Assembly (NCBI GenBank): GCA_965649825.1 | Contig: OZ287715.1 | Location: 62,001-126,000, forward strand | DNA from: Penicillus capitatus | Lineage: Eukaryota; Plantae; Chlorophyta | DNA length: 64,000 nt | Direction: 5' to 3' | Shown here: positions 47,416 through 59,700 of the stretch, piece after piece | Layout of the letters: each line of letters begins with the position of its first letter | Numbering within the stretch: the stretch's first letter is position 1 | Notes under the pieces: model-generated | Seen by the model: only the letters and a program-made list of their open reading frames with translations | What the model was told of the DNA's origin: nothing | Database searches by the model: none | Position numbers and translations under genes: made by a program

Positions 47416-48291
47416 ATGGACAAAGCAAAGAAACAACGTCCTCCCAAGGAGGAAGAAATGACTCGCGTCCCGTCGGGGAACTTAGAAAACATACACACTC
47501 TGGCCGTTCGCCTTGAGTATCCACCAACAGGGCTTCCCTGCTGCTGCACCCGAAACGGTGTTCGATACGGCGTCTCGGAAATCCCTCCTGGAACAGAAGA
47601 CCGTGTCGTCTCCGACGCGGAGATGCGGCGTCTGGAACGACGGTTTGTAATTCTCGAGGATCCATCTCTCTCTTGTAGCTGCTGGTGCGGAGTCCAACGC
47701 TGTTTTCGACTCGGGATATTTCCGAGTAACACATCCAAGCCTCAGAATTTCTCCAACTCGACACCTATGCTTGTGTTAGAGCGTCCATATCAACCTTCAT
47801 GTTGGCTGGGGAAGCTGTATTGTCCGCAAACGATATTCATCCATTCCAGTGGCAAAATGGTGGGTCACGCCAAGCGAGAATGCCGTTTCTGGGATTGTTT
47901 CTTTTCCTGCACGTATTGGACCCGAGTGTTTGACGCTGATGGAAATCCTCGGTACACAATTCGATCACCTGGATGTGGTAAACACGCTTCCTCCTTTTTC
48001 ATTTCTATTGCTCACTCCATGCATGATACAGGAGACAATTGTTGCGCGCCTTCATGTTGCAAGAAAATTTACGAAATGGATGTGTTCCGTCCAACAAACG
48101 AGAATGAAAGGGTTGCCTCGTTGATGAATATTTGGAGAGCGGGCAGCGATGGATCCTATACTGCTCCGACAGATACCAATTTTGTCCTTGTTTTTCCATC
48201 CGATGCAGATGAGAATGACAAGAGTCTGCTTCTTGCAGCTCTTTTTTTGCAGGATTTTAGCGGAAAGCGCGAACAAGACCCCTGCATGTGA
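47416..48291 (+). CDS. Phospholipid scramblase family protein, copy 3 (more diverged)
   Basis: LERPYQPSCWLGKLYCPQ; DNCCAPSCC; DKSLLLAALFLQDF. Same intron position (47978-48031). Confidence 0.8.
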   Translation: MDKAKKQRPPKEEEMTRVPSGNLENIHTLAVRLEYPPTGLPCCCTRNGVRYGVSEIPPGTEDRVVSDAEMRRLERRFVILEDPSLSCSCWCGVQRCFRLGIFPSNTSKPQNFSNSTPMLVLERPYQPSCWLGKLYCPQTIFIHSSGKMVGHAKRECRFWDCFFSCTYWTRVFDADGNPRYTIRSPGCGKHASSFFISIAHSMHDTGDNCCAPSCCKKIYEMDVFRPTNENERVASLMNIWRAGSDGSYTAPTDTNFVLVFPSDADENDKSLLLAALFLQDFSGKREQDPCM

Positions 48292-48508
48292 AACACCTCG
48301 TCATTGTTTTACCTCGCCAAGATCATTGTTTTCCTTACTAAACGTCGTTTCTGACTCCTCATTTCAATTACCCGACTGCGAACTTAACTTTGAATTTGAT
48401 GTGACTGTATTTGTCATCATCTATAAAACAAGAAACTTCACTTGGCATCCAGTGTCTGTATGCCGGCTGTTTCTTTTCGCCACAGCGAAAACCGCCCATT
48501 GAGAGAGA

Positions 48509-49430
48509 ATGCTCCTTCACTTTTATTTGTTTCTCGTTCCATCACTGCTGCTGCCTAGCCAGGCAGTTTATGCAAACGCGGCCCGCAGAGACGGATGCAT
48601 TTCATCACTGCTTGGAGTCCATGCGTCGTCGCATTGGCCACAAGTTGAACAAGTCACATGAGAGATTTCCTGTCGCAGCGGCAGCTGTCGCTCTCTGCGC
48701 TTGTATTCAATAATACTTTCTTCTCAGTCCACAAGAAAAGAACCACGCTAACCGCCGACAATTGCTTGGAGACGATTCTTGCGAATCGGACGAAGATGAC
48801 GATAGCTGTTCCTTTTTGATGATAACGCTCTTCGACATCATCTCTCAAGCAGGAAAAAACTCCAGCGATGGACTTTGTAGTATGTTCCGATTTTTGCACA
48901 AATCTGGTTGCGACGAAAACCATACCAAAGAAATGTGTCAGAAAAACAAGCAGTGTGAATATGATCCAGTATATGGTAAGAGAAAACATTTCCTGATTCC
49001 GCCCATTTACCGTCCTTGATCTAAGGTTGGACCGAGACCGACGTGAGTCTCTTCCATACAGCATTCAAAGACGAACCTAGACTAAAAAAGAAATACAACA
49101 AGCTTGTCTCCAAGTGTGAACGTCAAGTTGAGTGCACGTCATTGACTTCATTGTGCGACAACGTCGGGACTGTTGGCTCATGAGATTAATTGGTTTTGTG
49201 GGGGTGCTATCGTCGCATGTGTTCGATGATTTCGTCCAACTGCGAACATGTGATTGTCTTTCTAAATCTTGTAATTTGCACAGATTTGAAGTCTTCACGC
49301 CTTGTCTGCGCAACAAACGGAATGAAAAGGCTATTAAACAAGACCGGTAAAATCGCACGGAATTGCGGAGCCGCAATCCTCCGTACGAATCGCGTTCTGA
49401 CGCGACACTTCTTGATCGAAACTTAACAGC
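48509..49430 (+). CDS. Short Cys-rich secreted-type paralog D (truncated, or a pseudogene); both ends uncertain
   Basis: Signal-peptide-like MLLHFYLFLVPSLLLPSQA. NRRQLLGDDSCESDEDDDSCSFLMITLFDIISQAGKNSSDGLCSMFRFLHKSGCDENHTKEMCQKNKQCEYD aligns with the last modules of paralog C. The splice from the signal-peptide exon could not be resolved cleanly. Confidence 0.5.
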
Positions 49431-49506
49431 CATTCAAATCCATCTGTTTTAAGGTCAAAGCCGCCGCGAATAGCTTTACCGTTTTAGCGGAAACACTACT
49501 AATACA

Positions 49507-51395
49507 ATGGCTTTTCGTTTGGCCCTGTTTTTTATGTTCGCGTTTCTTTTGGGAGTGTCTCGCGCCACTAATCTTCAAAAGAAGACGTTGGTTGAACCAA
49601 GGCTCCTGTCCCTTCGTCGTGTCTGCAGAGGACTCACGAACTTTCGGGGCAAACTGCCCGCGCTTCTGGTGCATTCGCATGCTTTAATGCTTGAAAGTTA
49701 GTTTTGTGAATCAGTCGAAAGGCAAAGGCGGCTCTTCACGTCGCCAGTTGATGAAAGACGCCAAGTGTAAATGGAATGAGGAAGAGTCCGAATGCGTTCT
49801 GTCGGACGATGTCCTTATCCAGTTACTGATCAACTCGAAAAACGGAATGGCTCAAACGGAGGCCAGACATCAGGTGAGAATCGATGCTAGGAGCTGTACA
49901 GATTGTGTGAGACAAGGAACTAGATGTGTGAGAGGACGACACATAAGAAAACGTGCAACTCAATGGGCTTTTGTTCTTGGAAGAGGTAATCGTCATCTTT
50001 TTTTGTCCGATTGTCTGAAAGCCATGATTGCGGGTGTAGTGATGCTGCCGCCTGTGACTTAACCAATCTCTTTTTTGGTAATGAAAATGCTCCTTGTGTC
50101 GCCAACGCTCCTACAACGACATCTATGTTGACTGCCGCGCAAACTTGTCCGTTAGAGACATCAAAAAAGACATGCACGTCTGCTGCCCTCTGTGCATGGT
50201 GACCGAATGCTCATCGAAGCCACTCTCGATTGTTTTGGATGGATAGGGACGCCGACGAGAAACTCTGTGATGCAGACGTGTTCAACATCTCTTTTGGAGT
50301 ACCTCAGGATGAATTCCTTGAAACTGAAGTATTGGTACGACATACAGCCGTACATTCTCCCATGCATGATTGTGTTCATCCACTAGATACTTCAGAGACA
50401 AGGGACAATAGCATTTACAGAATTTGCAAAAGAATTCGATGTCGAAGAGGATGACTTTGATTGGAAAGTTGTTTTAGAGTGGGACATGCCAAATGTCAAG
50501 TGCCCAAAGAGAACAAAACGCATCGTATGAGGGGATCCCTTCCAACAGTCGCACATATAGTGAGTACTTGTGAGTTAATAGGTCTGTAAGTTTTTGACAG
50601 CATTCGCAAAATTGTACCTGTCGAAACTCATCTACTGTTCTGGGAGATATGCGGATTTTAAGGATACGTCTAAATGCAACAAGGATCCGATCTGTGCCAT
50701 AGATCCTGAATATGGCTTATGCTTTGTGGCAGAATCGCACCTCGATGAAGCCGTAGTAAAAGCATTTGATGTGATTCTTATTCCTAGCCTATATTGGCAG
50801 TAACACAAGGATTCTGCATTGCACCACTAGGTTGTGATGAAGAAGATACCATTTGAAGCTGATCGAGAGTTTTGGTCAACGGAAATGAATTGTTCTAGTA
50901 TTTCACGCAAAAAGAAATGCTCAGGTGTTATTAAATCACTTAAGGAGGACCGGCAAAACTGTGTTTGCAGGCTCTTGCTTATGGGACGTGGCAGATCGCA
51001 GTTGTTCAACTTCACCAGCAGCAATGTTTGATATCATTGCCAACGCCGGGGGAAACTCTACTGACAGCTTTTGCGCATTAATGGCCATGATAGCAGACTC
51101 GGGGTGCGACGGCATTCAAGATAAGAAAGCATGTCTGGCGAACGATCAATGCATGTATGAAGCTGACTCCAAAGGTAACAAGTTCCAATCCTCATTGTCT
51201 CGATTATCTCTTTCTACTATTTCGGCAGAATGCTCGCTGTCCAGGGAAGTCATATTGGATAGAATTTTCACGGAAGATCCGAAACTGAAAAATCGCATTG
51301 TCGGCGCCAATGCGACGTGCAAGGAATTTTCCACAAAGAAGAGCTGCACCGGAGAATCTTTAACGGATCTCTTTATCGCTATACCATTCTCCTGA
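49507..51395 (+). CDS. Secreted-type Cys-rich repeat pre-pro-protein, paralog C
   Basis: Signal-peptide-like MAFRLALFFMFAFLLGVSRA; RRQLMK; modules CKWNEEESEC, CERTTHKKTCNSMGFCSW, CPLETSKKTCTSAALCAWDADEKLC; WKVVLEWDMPNVKCP block shared with paralogs A and B. Confidence 0.72.
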
Positions 51396-51877
51396 CATCG
51401 TTCCAGTTTGTTTGACATCCTTTTCGCGTTGTCCATCGTTGTTGAAGATTATTTGGTTGATGCCGGTTCTAATGTGTTACCTGGCCTGAAAGATTTATCC
51501 TTCAAGCATTATTCTCCGATGAGAGAAAACATCGACAAGTTTTTTCCAGTGATTTTCGGCAACACCTCTCACACGATTGGCATGTCGCGCCTACTTCACA
51601 GCGAGAAATGCCACTAGAAAAAGTCATACTTGCTGTTCATGACGGAATGAAGAAGATGTTCGACAGTACTCTTCTGTACACGAACGACATTGCACTAACT
51701 GTAGGAACTTTACGAACGAACTCAGTCTCTCTCGTCGTAGATCGGTCCGTCCTTACGGTCCCTCAGAGACACGCTCACTCCTGTCAGGAAAAATGCAACG
51801 GGATTCTTTGATGTGAACCGATGATGCGACGGATGAGCGTCACCTGATGCCATTGCTCGAAGCATTTAGCGACGGAG

Positions 51878-53580
51878 ATGGAAGACACACAGCCGAACAA
51901 GACAACGCGAAAGAGGTCTGCCGATGTCCCCGGACTCCTTTTGGGCGATCTGCTCTATTCCTCCGAACCGAGCCGACAAAACGAGACGGATGCGCGATTG
52001 GTGTTGCGTATGGCCATGACAGGGGTAATGTTGGAGACCAGATCCATCACACAACCTCCTAATCTCACACATAACATGCATGAATAGGAATCTCTGGATG
52101 AACTGACGAACAATCTGAAGAAGACGTACGGTCCATTAATGGATCTGAATGTACTCACGAAGCTGATGGCAGCAAAACAGGAACAGGGCCGGACACTGTT
52201 TCACACCGAGATCTCAGATTGCTTACCACGAGCGGAACCAAAGTCACGAAAGGCAAAGAAAGAGAACCACAGAGAGAATTTTGGAAGAATCTCGACAAAC
52301 ACGGTGCGGTGTTTTGGACGACCACCACCGTACCCGCTGTCACAGAATCTTGGAACACGTCTGCTGAATGGACAAGGTCTATTGGGATACTTTCGAGCTG
52401 CTTGGCGTGTCTGTGGCCGTCTTGTCCGTCCAGCCCATGGCCGAAGAATCCAACAGCTCGCATCCATGTCAACAACGATGATGGGCAGCGGCGACCATCT
52501 GACTCCCAAGCCGCAGTTCTCGGCAGACGGTGCACCGACTGTGTTGGATTCGGACTTCCCTATCGAAGACAGCGTGATCGAGTCCGTTCCTTTGGAGGTG
52601 AGGCAGCTGTCGCCTGGTGTCTTGTGCTGTCTGGATTTAGCAGATTGCACTCAGATTGCTGACCGGTACCCGAGAGAAGTATGGGCTGGTCGTGAAGAAA
52701 GAAGACACGATCCCTCGAGGAGCGGAAAAGGAGAAGACACCCGTCTTTCCAGTAAGGGGATTTGAAGTCTCCATTGACACAAACAAGGGACCAGTGACGT
52801 TCATTCCCATGTTCTTCTCGAAGAGAGAACTTCAGAAGGTTAGGAGTCACCTAACTGTTTATGTATAGCCTGAGTCATCTCTCCTGTGACAGACATTCTC
52901 ACTGATCCGTGATTTTTTGAAACATCTATGGTTGAGTAATCGATCACAAAAGAGATCGGAGATCTGCGCGAGCTTCATATCTGCTGTGTCATCTGCAACG
53001 GGTGAGAGCTACGTTTGTTTAAGACGAACTGCTGATGGCGTGGTGCATGTTGAAAGGCATGGACAGAATATTCTCTGATCAGAAACCTGTCATGCGAGGT
53101 CCAGTAGATGAGCAAGATGACGATGAAGGATTTGGCAACGGCGAGCCGCCTGAAATCAAAGAGTTTATCGAGGAGTTGGGCGAAAGTGGACCAGAATTCA
53201 TTCCACAGTCGACTCCTCTTCTTCTTGGGTTGCCATTGATGATGTTGCTGGGATGCCTGACTGTGTCGGCAGCGATCTGGAAGGAGTGTGGCAATCTGTT
53301 TGACATGATCTTGTTGAACTCGCCTTTGGGTAATATCCTCATTCCAAAGAATGTATCCAGCAAATCACAAAGTGTTTCTGTCGATACAGAGGCCGCTGTC
53401 CTTGGAGTGCCAAAACGCCTTCCATCTCATCCGTTTCCTCTGGAATCCTTAGTCGATCTGTGTCAGAAGCACAATGCGGACAGGCTTGCTGATAGCGAAA
53501 CTGCAGAGAGTCGACCTGCTGCATCGGAATACGTCGCCGCCACACAAGGTCGGAGATTGGCTTCCTGGCCGATGATGTGA
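51878..53580 (+). CDS. Tic22-like family protein (At5g62650-type); start uncertain
   Basis: KTPVFPVRGFEVSIDTNKGPVTFIPMFFSKRELQK and GEPPEIKEFIEELG resemble remembered At5g62650 blocks (GVPVFSAQNLDIAIAT...YTPYFFDK; EPPEVQEAMEEIG). Confidence 0.6.
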
Positions 53581-53793
53581 CATAGAGATTGGCAAAGGTG
53601 TGATGGAGGAAGAGGAGAGAAGACTTGGCAGCTTAAATGCTCTGCAGTTACTACTAGCAGGAATCTGGCAACTGGCACAGCTTCCTCGACGTTATTTGGC
53701 TCTGCACATGATCGTAGATAAAACGTTTCTGAGCAGCCCATTACCAGGTGGATGAATGACTGTTTCATGGAGCACCCATCCTATATATGCTTG

Positions 53794-56700
53794 CTATTCT
53801 TGACACGCCTTTTCTGCAGACTTGCGGACGCTGAGGAAGAACGAGACGAATGCAATACTGTCGACCATCATTGAAGTTGACAAGAGACCTGACAAGACGT
53901 CAGACACAGAAGCACAATCGTCCGATTCGGAGAAGGATAGGATGGTCAACGTGGAGCTGGCCTTCAATCTCAAGACGGCATTTGGTACAGCTTCGACTGT
54001 CTGAGTATAGCTGACCATGCATCGGCATCACTCTAGATGACGCCTTGAAGAAAGAGATACCGAAGCCGATAAACAAGACGACTGCGTTGGGAATCTGTCT
54101 TATTGGAAATCTGGGGTTCCATCAGCTCCATGCAAAAGCGCCTTCTTTGGGGTTTACCGATGTATCCATTCTAGAGAATGGCATTCCATGTCACTTGATG
54201 GAGTCATAAGCTAAGCGTTATCTGAACGATTTTCTTAGCCACACAACGCCATTAGAATAATGGTGAACATATTGGACAGAAATGGACACTACTGTCCAGT
54301 ATTCAAAACTTCAAAAGCGCGGGTACAGATAGATGGAGTGCGGTTCAACACGTCAAGAACAGCAGTGCGGAACCACTGTTCGTTGATGGCATTATGGACG
54401 TTTGGAGGAACGGACAGCGGCCCCTTGGTGAAGATACTTAGATAGGACTGAAGGAGTGCCTTTCCACTCGTTGTCACATCAGCAGCGTCGTGAAGATTGA
54501 GTTTCTTCGAGAGCAATCTGACTGCCCTGTCTGCGCGTCCTTGCAGAACGACTGATGCCATGACTGTTGGAAAACAGCATGCTCCTATGGCCATGATATC
54601 TTCCTGCTTCATGTCCTCTGCATAGAAAACCGTGATCGCTTGAATGTCTCTCATGTGATACACGCAAACCTGATGCGTATGGAGGCAGATGCCACTCTGT
54701 ATCGTCGAGGGTTGCACGGACAGATTCTTTCACTGCCTCATCTCCTGCAGAGATATCCCTCTCCACGGTTTCCGATGCTTCTCCGACTGAAGGTCAGACC
54801 TGTGTCAGGTGCGTGTTCAGCAGGGGTTATGCTTACGCTCTTTTGTGCTGCTGCTGGGATCAGTCTGAAGGACTGCGTCCAGCTCATCAACATCGGACCA
54901 ACCTTCTGAACCATCGGCTTCTATCTGTTCCTCGAGTTCTTTCTCGGTCGTCGTTTGTTCCTCCAGGATGATGGTATCATCGATATCCCAGCCATCGCCA
55001 GATGCTGAGAGCGACATGTTGACATCCTCCTCTTGATCGTGGTCATCCCCATGAAGAAGTGGTGGTGGAATTCCAGCAGTCATGCGTTCGACAGGTTTCC
55101 AATCGTTTGTCAGTCTAGGGTGAGGAGGGCAATTCTGTAACAAAGACATGAGCCATGTCTTCTCTCCAAGCAGAGGCTCGAGCTGCACATCTGGTTGGTT
55201 TTGCAGTAGGATGGCCATAGTCGATACATCGCCGTCTACAGTACGGATATCGACCAGGCTTTCTTGTTGAATAGACTCAAACGGCAAGAGCATTCCGAGA
55301 CAGATCCAGAGATTCTTTGAAATATATTTGAAGTTCCTGAACAACATTTGAGCATCGGATTCTGCTAACGCTGCCGTCCAGCATTTCGCTTCCACCCTCT
55401 TCTGTTCGCTGAGATACTGCAACACGTCCAGCGGACGAGCGCACTCCATCGCCTGTTTAAAAGCTGACAGATAATAAGACGACAACCAATACTCTGTGAT
55501 CTCCGTTCCCAAAAGCCCTTCTGCAGAGGAGAGCACATCCAAGAGTGCACACATGTCAGCCGTCGAAGCAGTTGGAAGTGAAGACTCCAAAAGTTTATCC
55601 ACTGCATCACGAGAGGAGTAACTCTCAATCTTCTTTGTATGCGTCATCTGATGTGCGTCCGAATGAGAGATCAGCTCCAACAGGACTGTCCATGAGAATA
55701 GAAGCCACCGATCTTCCTGAGCAATCTCCCACAATCGACCCTTCCATATGCTGTCTTTGATCACAGCGACAAGGTCTTCGATGACATGTCCTGTTTGCAC
55801 CTCTTGGACTTCAGAGAATTGCTTCAACGTTGACATGCATCGCTGCCAAATGTCCTTCTGAAGTTGTTGCCGTTCATCTGGATGTCCATCATCGTCCAAG
55901 CAACCCAAGATCTTACGGAACCCGCTATCTCCCTTACTGATGCATTGGACTGTCCAGTCTAAGAGAGTGTCTGAGATGTGCTTGGCAACCACATGCGGAT
56001 GACATTCTTCTTCTGATCTTTCTGCAAAACTCCTCACCGTTTCGAAGACAAGTGCATATCCATTGTCTGATAGAACCATTTTTCGAACCACGTTCCTGAC
56101 ATTCTCTGCGAAATCGTCTCCCCTGATCTGAACTCCGAGGTCAGTAAGATCCTGAGTGGCATGAAGTCGTCTCATCCTCTTCAGTTCAACTCTCCACCTT
56201 TCGAGTTCAGAAGTACACGAGTCACTGTCGTCTTGTTTGAATCTGTCAATGCCTTCTTCGAGCAAAAGCTTCAAGATGGCTATCCTCTTCTCTTCTGGCA
56301 TAGCAGAACTATCCCATGATTGGATCTCAGTCCATGTCTTTTTGTCTAAGGCCTCAAGCCTTTCTTGAAGGATCGTCACATCGCCAAGAATAACGAAATT
56401 GAGCAGTGCTTTCGTATCGGGAAATCCAAGCTGCTGAAAGATGCCATTCCAAAAATCTCTGCTCTCTACTAAGTCACCAGAAGCCGCATGGAGCAGTTGT
56501 TTAACTGAGATCGACAAACAGATCCTAGAGGATGAAACTCTGTCCATAGCGTCGTGAAGATTTGAGGAGTGCTCCAGTATGCGATAAAGATCAACAATCT
56601 TTGTGCAGTTTATAGAATCGATAGATGCATAGACATTCTGCATTTCCGAGACTCCAGGATTCCAGTCATAGTGCCACTCGAACGTTTCAGAGACAGAGCG

Positions 56701-59700
56701 TTGAAGCAGAGAAAAAACAGGAATTCTGAAGTCCATGTCGCCACAGTCATCGGCAAGTTCGATGATCGCGGCTGCATATTTGAGCAACAACGCCGTCACC
56801 GATGACGATTCAGATGTCTCTAAGCATCGAGCACAGATGCGCAAGACAAATGCAACCCCAAATGGATTCTCTGCCTCTGGCCACGACGTTTTTACGATCT
56901 CTTCAACATATGTTGCCTTCTTGCTCATTAGATCACTTTCTACTGAGAGTACTGCTTCTTCAATTGCTGGAGCATTTGTGTCGACCAGGTCACTAAGTGT
57001 GACCACAAAGTGTAATCTCAGAGACCATAAATCCACACCATAGATTTTCCCTTCTTCGAGAGAGACGGAAAGGACATCTTGCCAGCCACGATCTTCTTCG
57101 CGCACCGTTCTTCTCAGTCCTTCTTTTGCATAAAGCAATTCTGCGGCGTACTTGGCCAATTCGAGAATGATTCTCTTTCTGTAGTCGACAGCATCCTTCC
57201 CACAGAAAAGCTCGGATTCGAGACCTGGCAGGATAGACCGGATACGTCGGCATGAACGCTGCATCTGTTCTCGTTCCTGTATTGTGCTCAAATGCTCTTC
57301 GAATGTGTCAATCTCCTGAGGTTTCTGCTTTCCTTGGTGCAAAAACTGAGGGGATTCCTTCAGCATCGTGACGATTTCATTTGGTGACGCCTCGAGTAAT
57401 GCTCGCACAAACTCAGCAGACGTGGATGTGGTATTGTTCACAGATGCAAGAGCACCAGCAACAAAATCATAGGCATTGCATTTTTGCTCTGAATGCGCTA
57501 ACGTCTGTGATTTCAATTGCTGTCGATAGACGGCGTCCGCCAAGTACAGATACGCATCGTCGTGACAGGAAAGCTGGTCTGGACCACCCCATTCCAATTC
57601 CACATCATCAGCTTCGTCTGAGCCATCTAGAGTGCTGTCAGTTCTCATCTCTTCGATGCAATCCTGCAATCCAGCATCGCAGTGGCGGATAATAAAAGTC
57701 CAAAGATCACGCTTTTCTGGCGCACTCAGATACGCCAATCCTTTATCCATGGCCACAAGATCTCGAGCCAATGTCCATGACTGAACCATATCCCGCTCTC
57801 TGAGGTCAGATAAGAATTCCTTGGCTGTGAGAAGGTCCTTGTGACGAAGAGCTGTTTGGCATAACAGTTGCCATGCGTCAAAGAATTCGCCGTCAGAGAA
57901 TTGGAGTTCCTGGGCGAGACTCAGAAACGCATCTCTCTTCTTATAGTGTTTGTCAGAGTTGACCAATACACCTTTGACCAATTCGGATTTCGATTGGAAT
58001 TGTTCCATCTCCATCGGAAGCATGGCAACTGAAAAATCCAGACGGATTGAATTGAGAGCTTTGAGCTTTGCAATTTCATTCCTGGCTCGTTGTGAAGAGG
58101 GAAAGAGGTCAAAGCATTGCCTTGCTTCTTCGATAGATTCAATGTTGTCGAGATCTGTGATGGAACACATCACCTCTCTGCCAACTTTCCATGCAATCTC
58201 CTCAGCCATTTCCCGATCCAGATTATCGACCATGTAGGTATCCGCCAAGGAAAATTGCGACGATCTGAGCAGCGTCCGAAAGTAGTCATGCTTTAATGTG
58301 TCCATGTCAAATGCGGCGTCTGAAAGGTGGCTCATTCTGAACCCCATGGACATGAGATCGGACAGCAGGTCATCCCATTGCATATCTGACCATTTACCGC
58401 CAGATCTCATGGCGTAACCCAGGATCGATTGAACAAGGCGATGACTGTCTGTGGTCGACATATTCTTCAGTTGTTTGTAAGTTATATGCATTTGGTACTT
58501 TTCCAACAGAGCACCCAGATGACAGTCTTCCATCAGATCTTCCAGCTGTCTTGTCGTTTCCGAGTCATGAGCAGACAGAAGATCGTCTTGTTTGGACAGG
58601 AGATCGATTGCATCGTAGACAGTATCCCATTCCGTGACTCGATCGACGGTCTCAATGGCAACAACAAGGGTGCTCAGGAATGCAGAGAGTCCAGAAGGTG
58701 ACGCATCGAAAAGTGCATTGTTGATGCACTCCGTCGTGACAAGCTCTTCGAACAGTTTTGCATTTTTCTGCAGGGCATAGAGAAAGAGTGTATCGCGGAG
58801 CGTCTCTTTATCTTCTTCGGGCAATTGACTGCACAGTGGGAACAGAAATGTCTCCATCCTCTTCAACATACCTTCTTGATCTGTGGCTGCGAAAATGTGT
58901 TCGAGTCGCTGTTGGGTGGTGAGCTCAAAGAACGCCGAAGAAGTCCAGTTCCAGAAAGGGCTTCCATGTGAACTCCATGACTCAAAAAGTGTGAGGTTCT
59001 GGAGCATCTCTTCGATTTCCCCGCAAATATTATTCTCTATGCCGCACTCCAATACACTCTGTGCAAGCTGCACACTTCCAGTCTCTTTCTCAATGCGTTG
59101 AGCACAGAATACGTAAAACGCAGACAAGTCTTCTTGCGAAAAAATCGGGATGTCCAGAGATTGCTCTTTGTGCATTTGAGACATAAGAACGTCTGGAAGG
59201 GTGTCTGGGGATGTCGAATCGAACGGAATGACTAGCATCTCTCTTATCTGACTAACAGATCCGTTATCGATTTTTGAAACAAAATCAAAACTTGTCAGAT
59301 CCATATCAGCACTTGGCAGGATGGCCTTGTACTCCTTTGCAGGCATCGTACAGGGCAGTTCCAACAGAATGGACAACATTTGCTCGAAAAGCGAGAAGGG
59401 ATGGCGTTCAAATAACACCTGCCCGAGTAATGACGTGAATTCACTCTTGCTTCCTCACAGGAGTCTCACCTGCAAAGCGCGAACGTTCCCCATCCTTGCA
59501 AAGCTTCGAGCACTTCGCTTGCGGCTGGAACATCTGAAGCTCCTGAAGGCCTCGGAAGAATAACATCCCGGATGCAAGGCTTCGAATGTATGCAGCAGTT
59601 CCAAGTCTTTGAGCAAGGAAAGAGAGTTTTCTGTCAGTTGCTCTTCAGAAGACGACTCTCTGCGGACAACAATACATGGTATGTTAGATACGACTTCTTT

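Noticed and set aside
53794-54766. Separate gene downstream of the 1533-aa ORF
   Set aside because: A GT-AG intron (gtaagc...cttcag) joins it in frame to the large NBAS exon, so it is the NBAS C-terminus.
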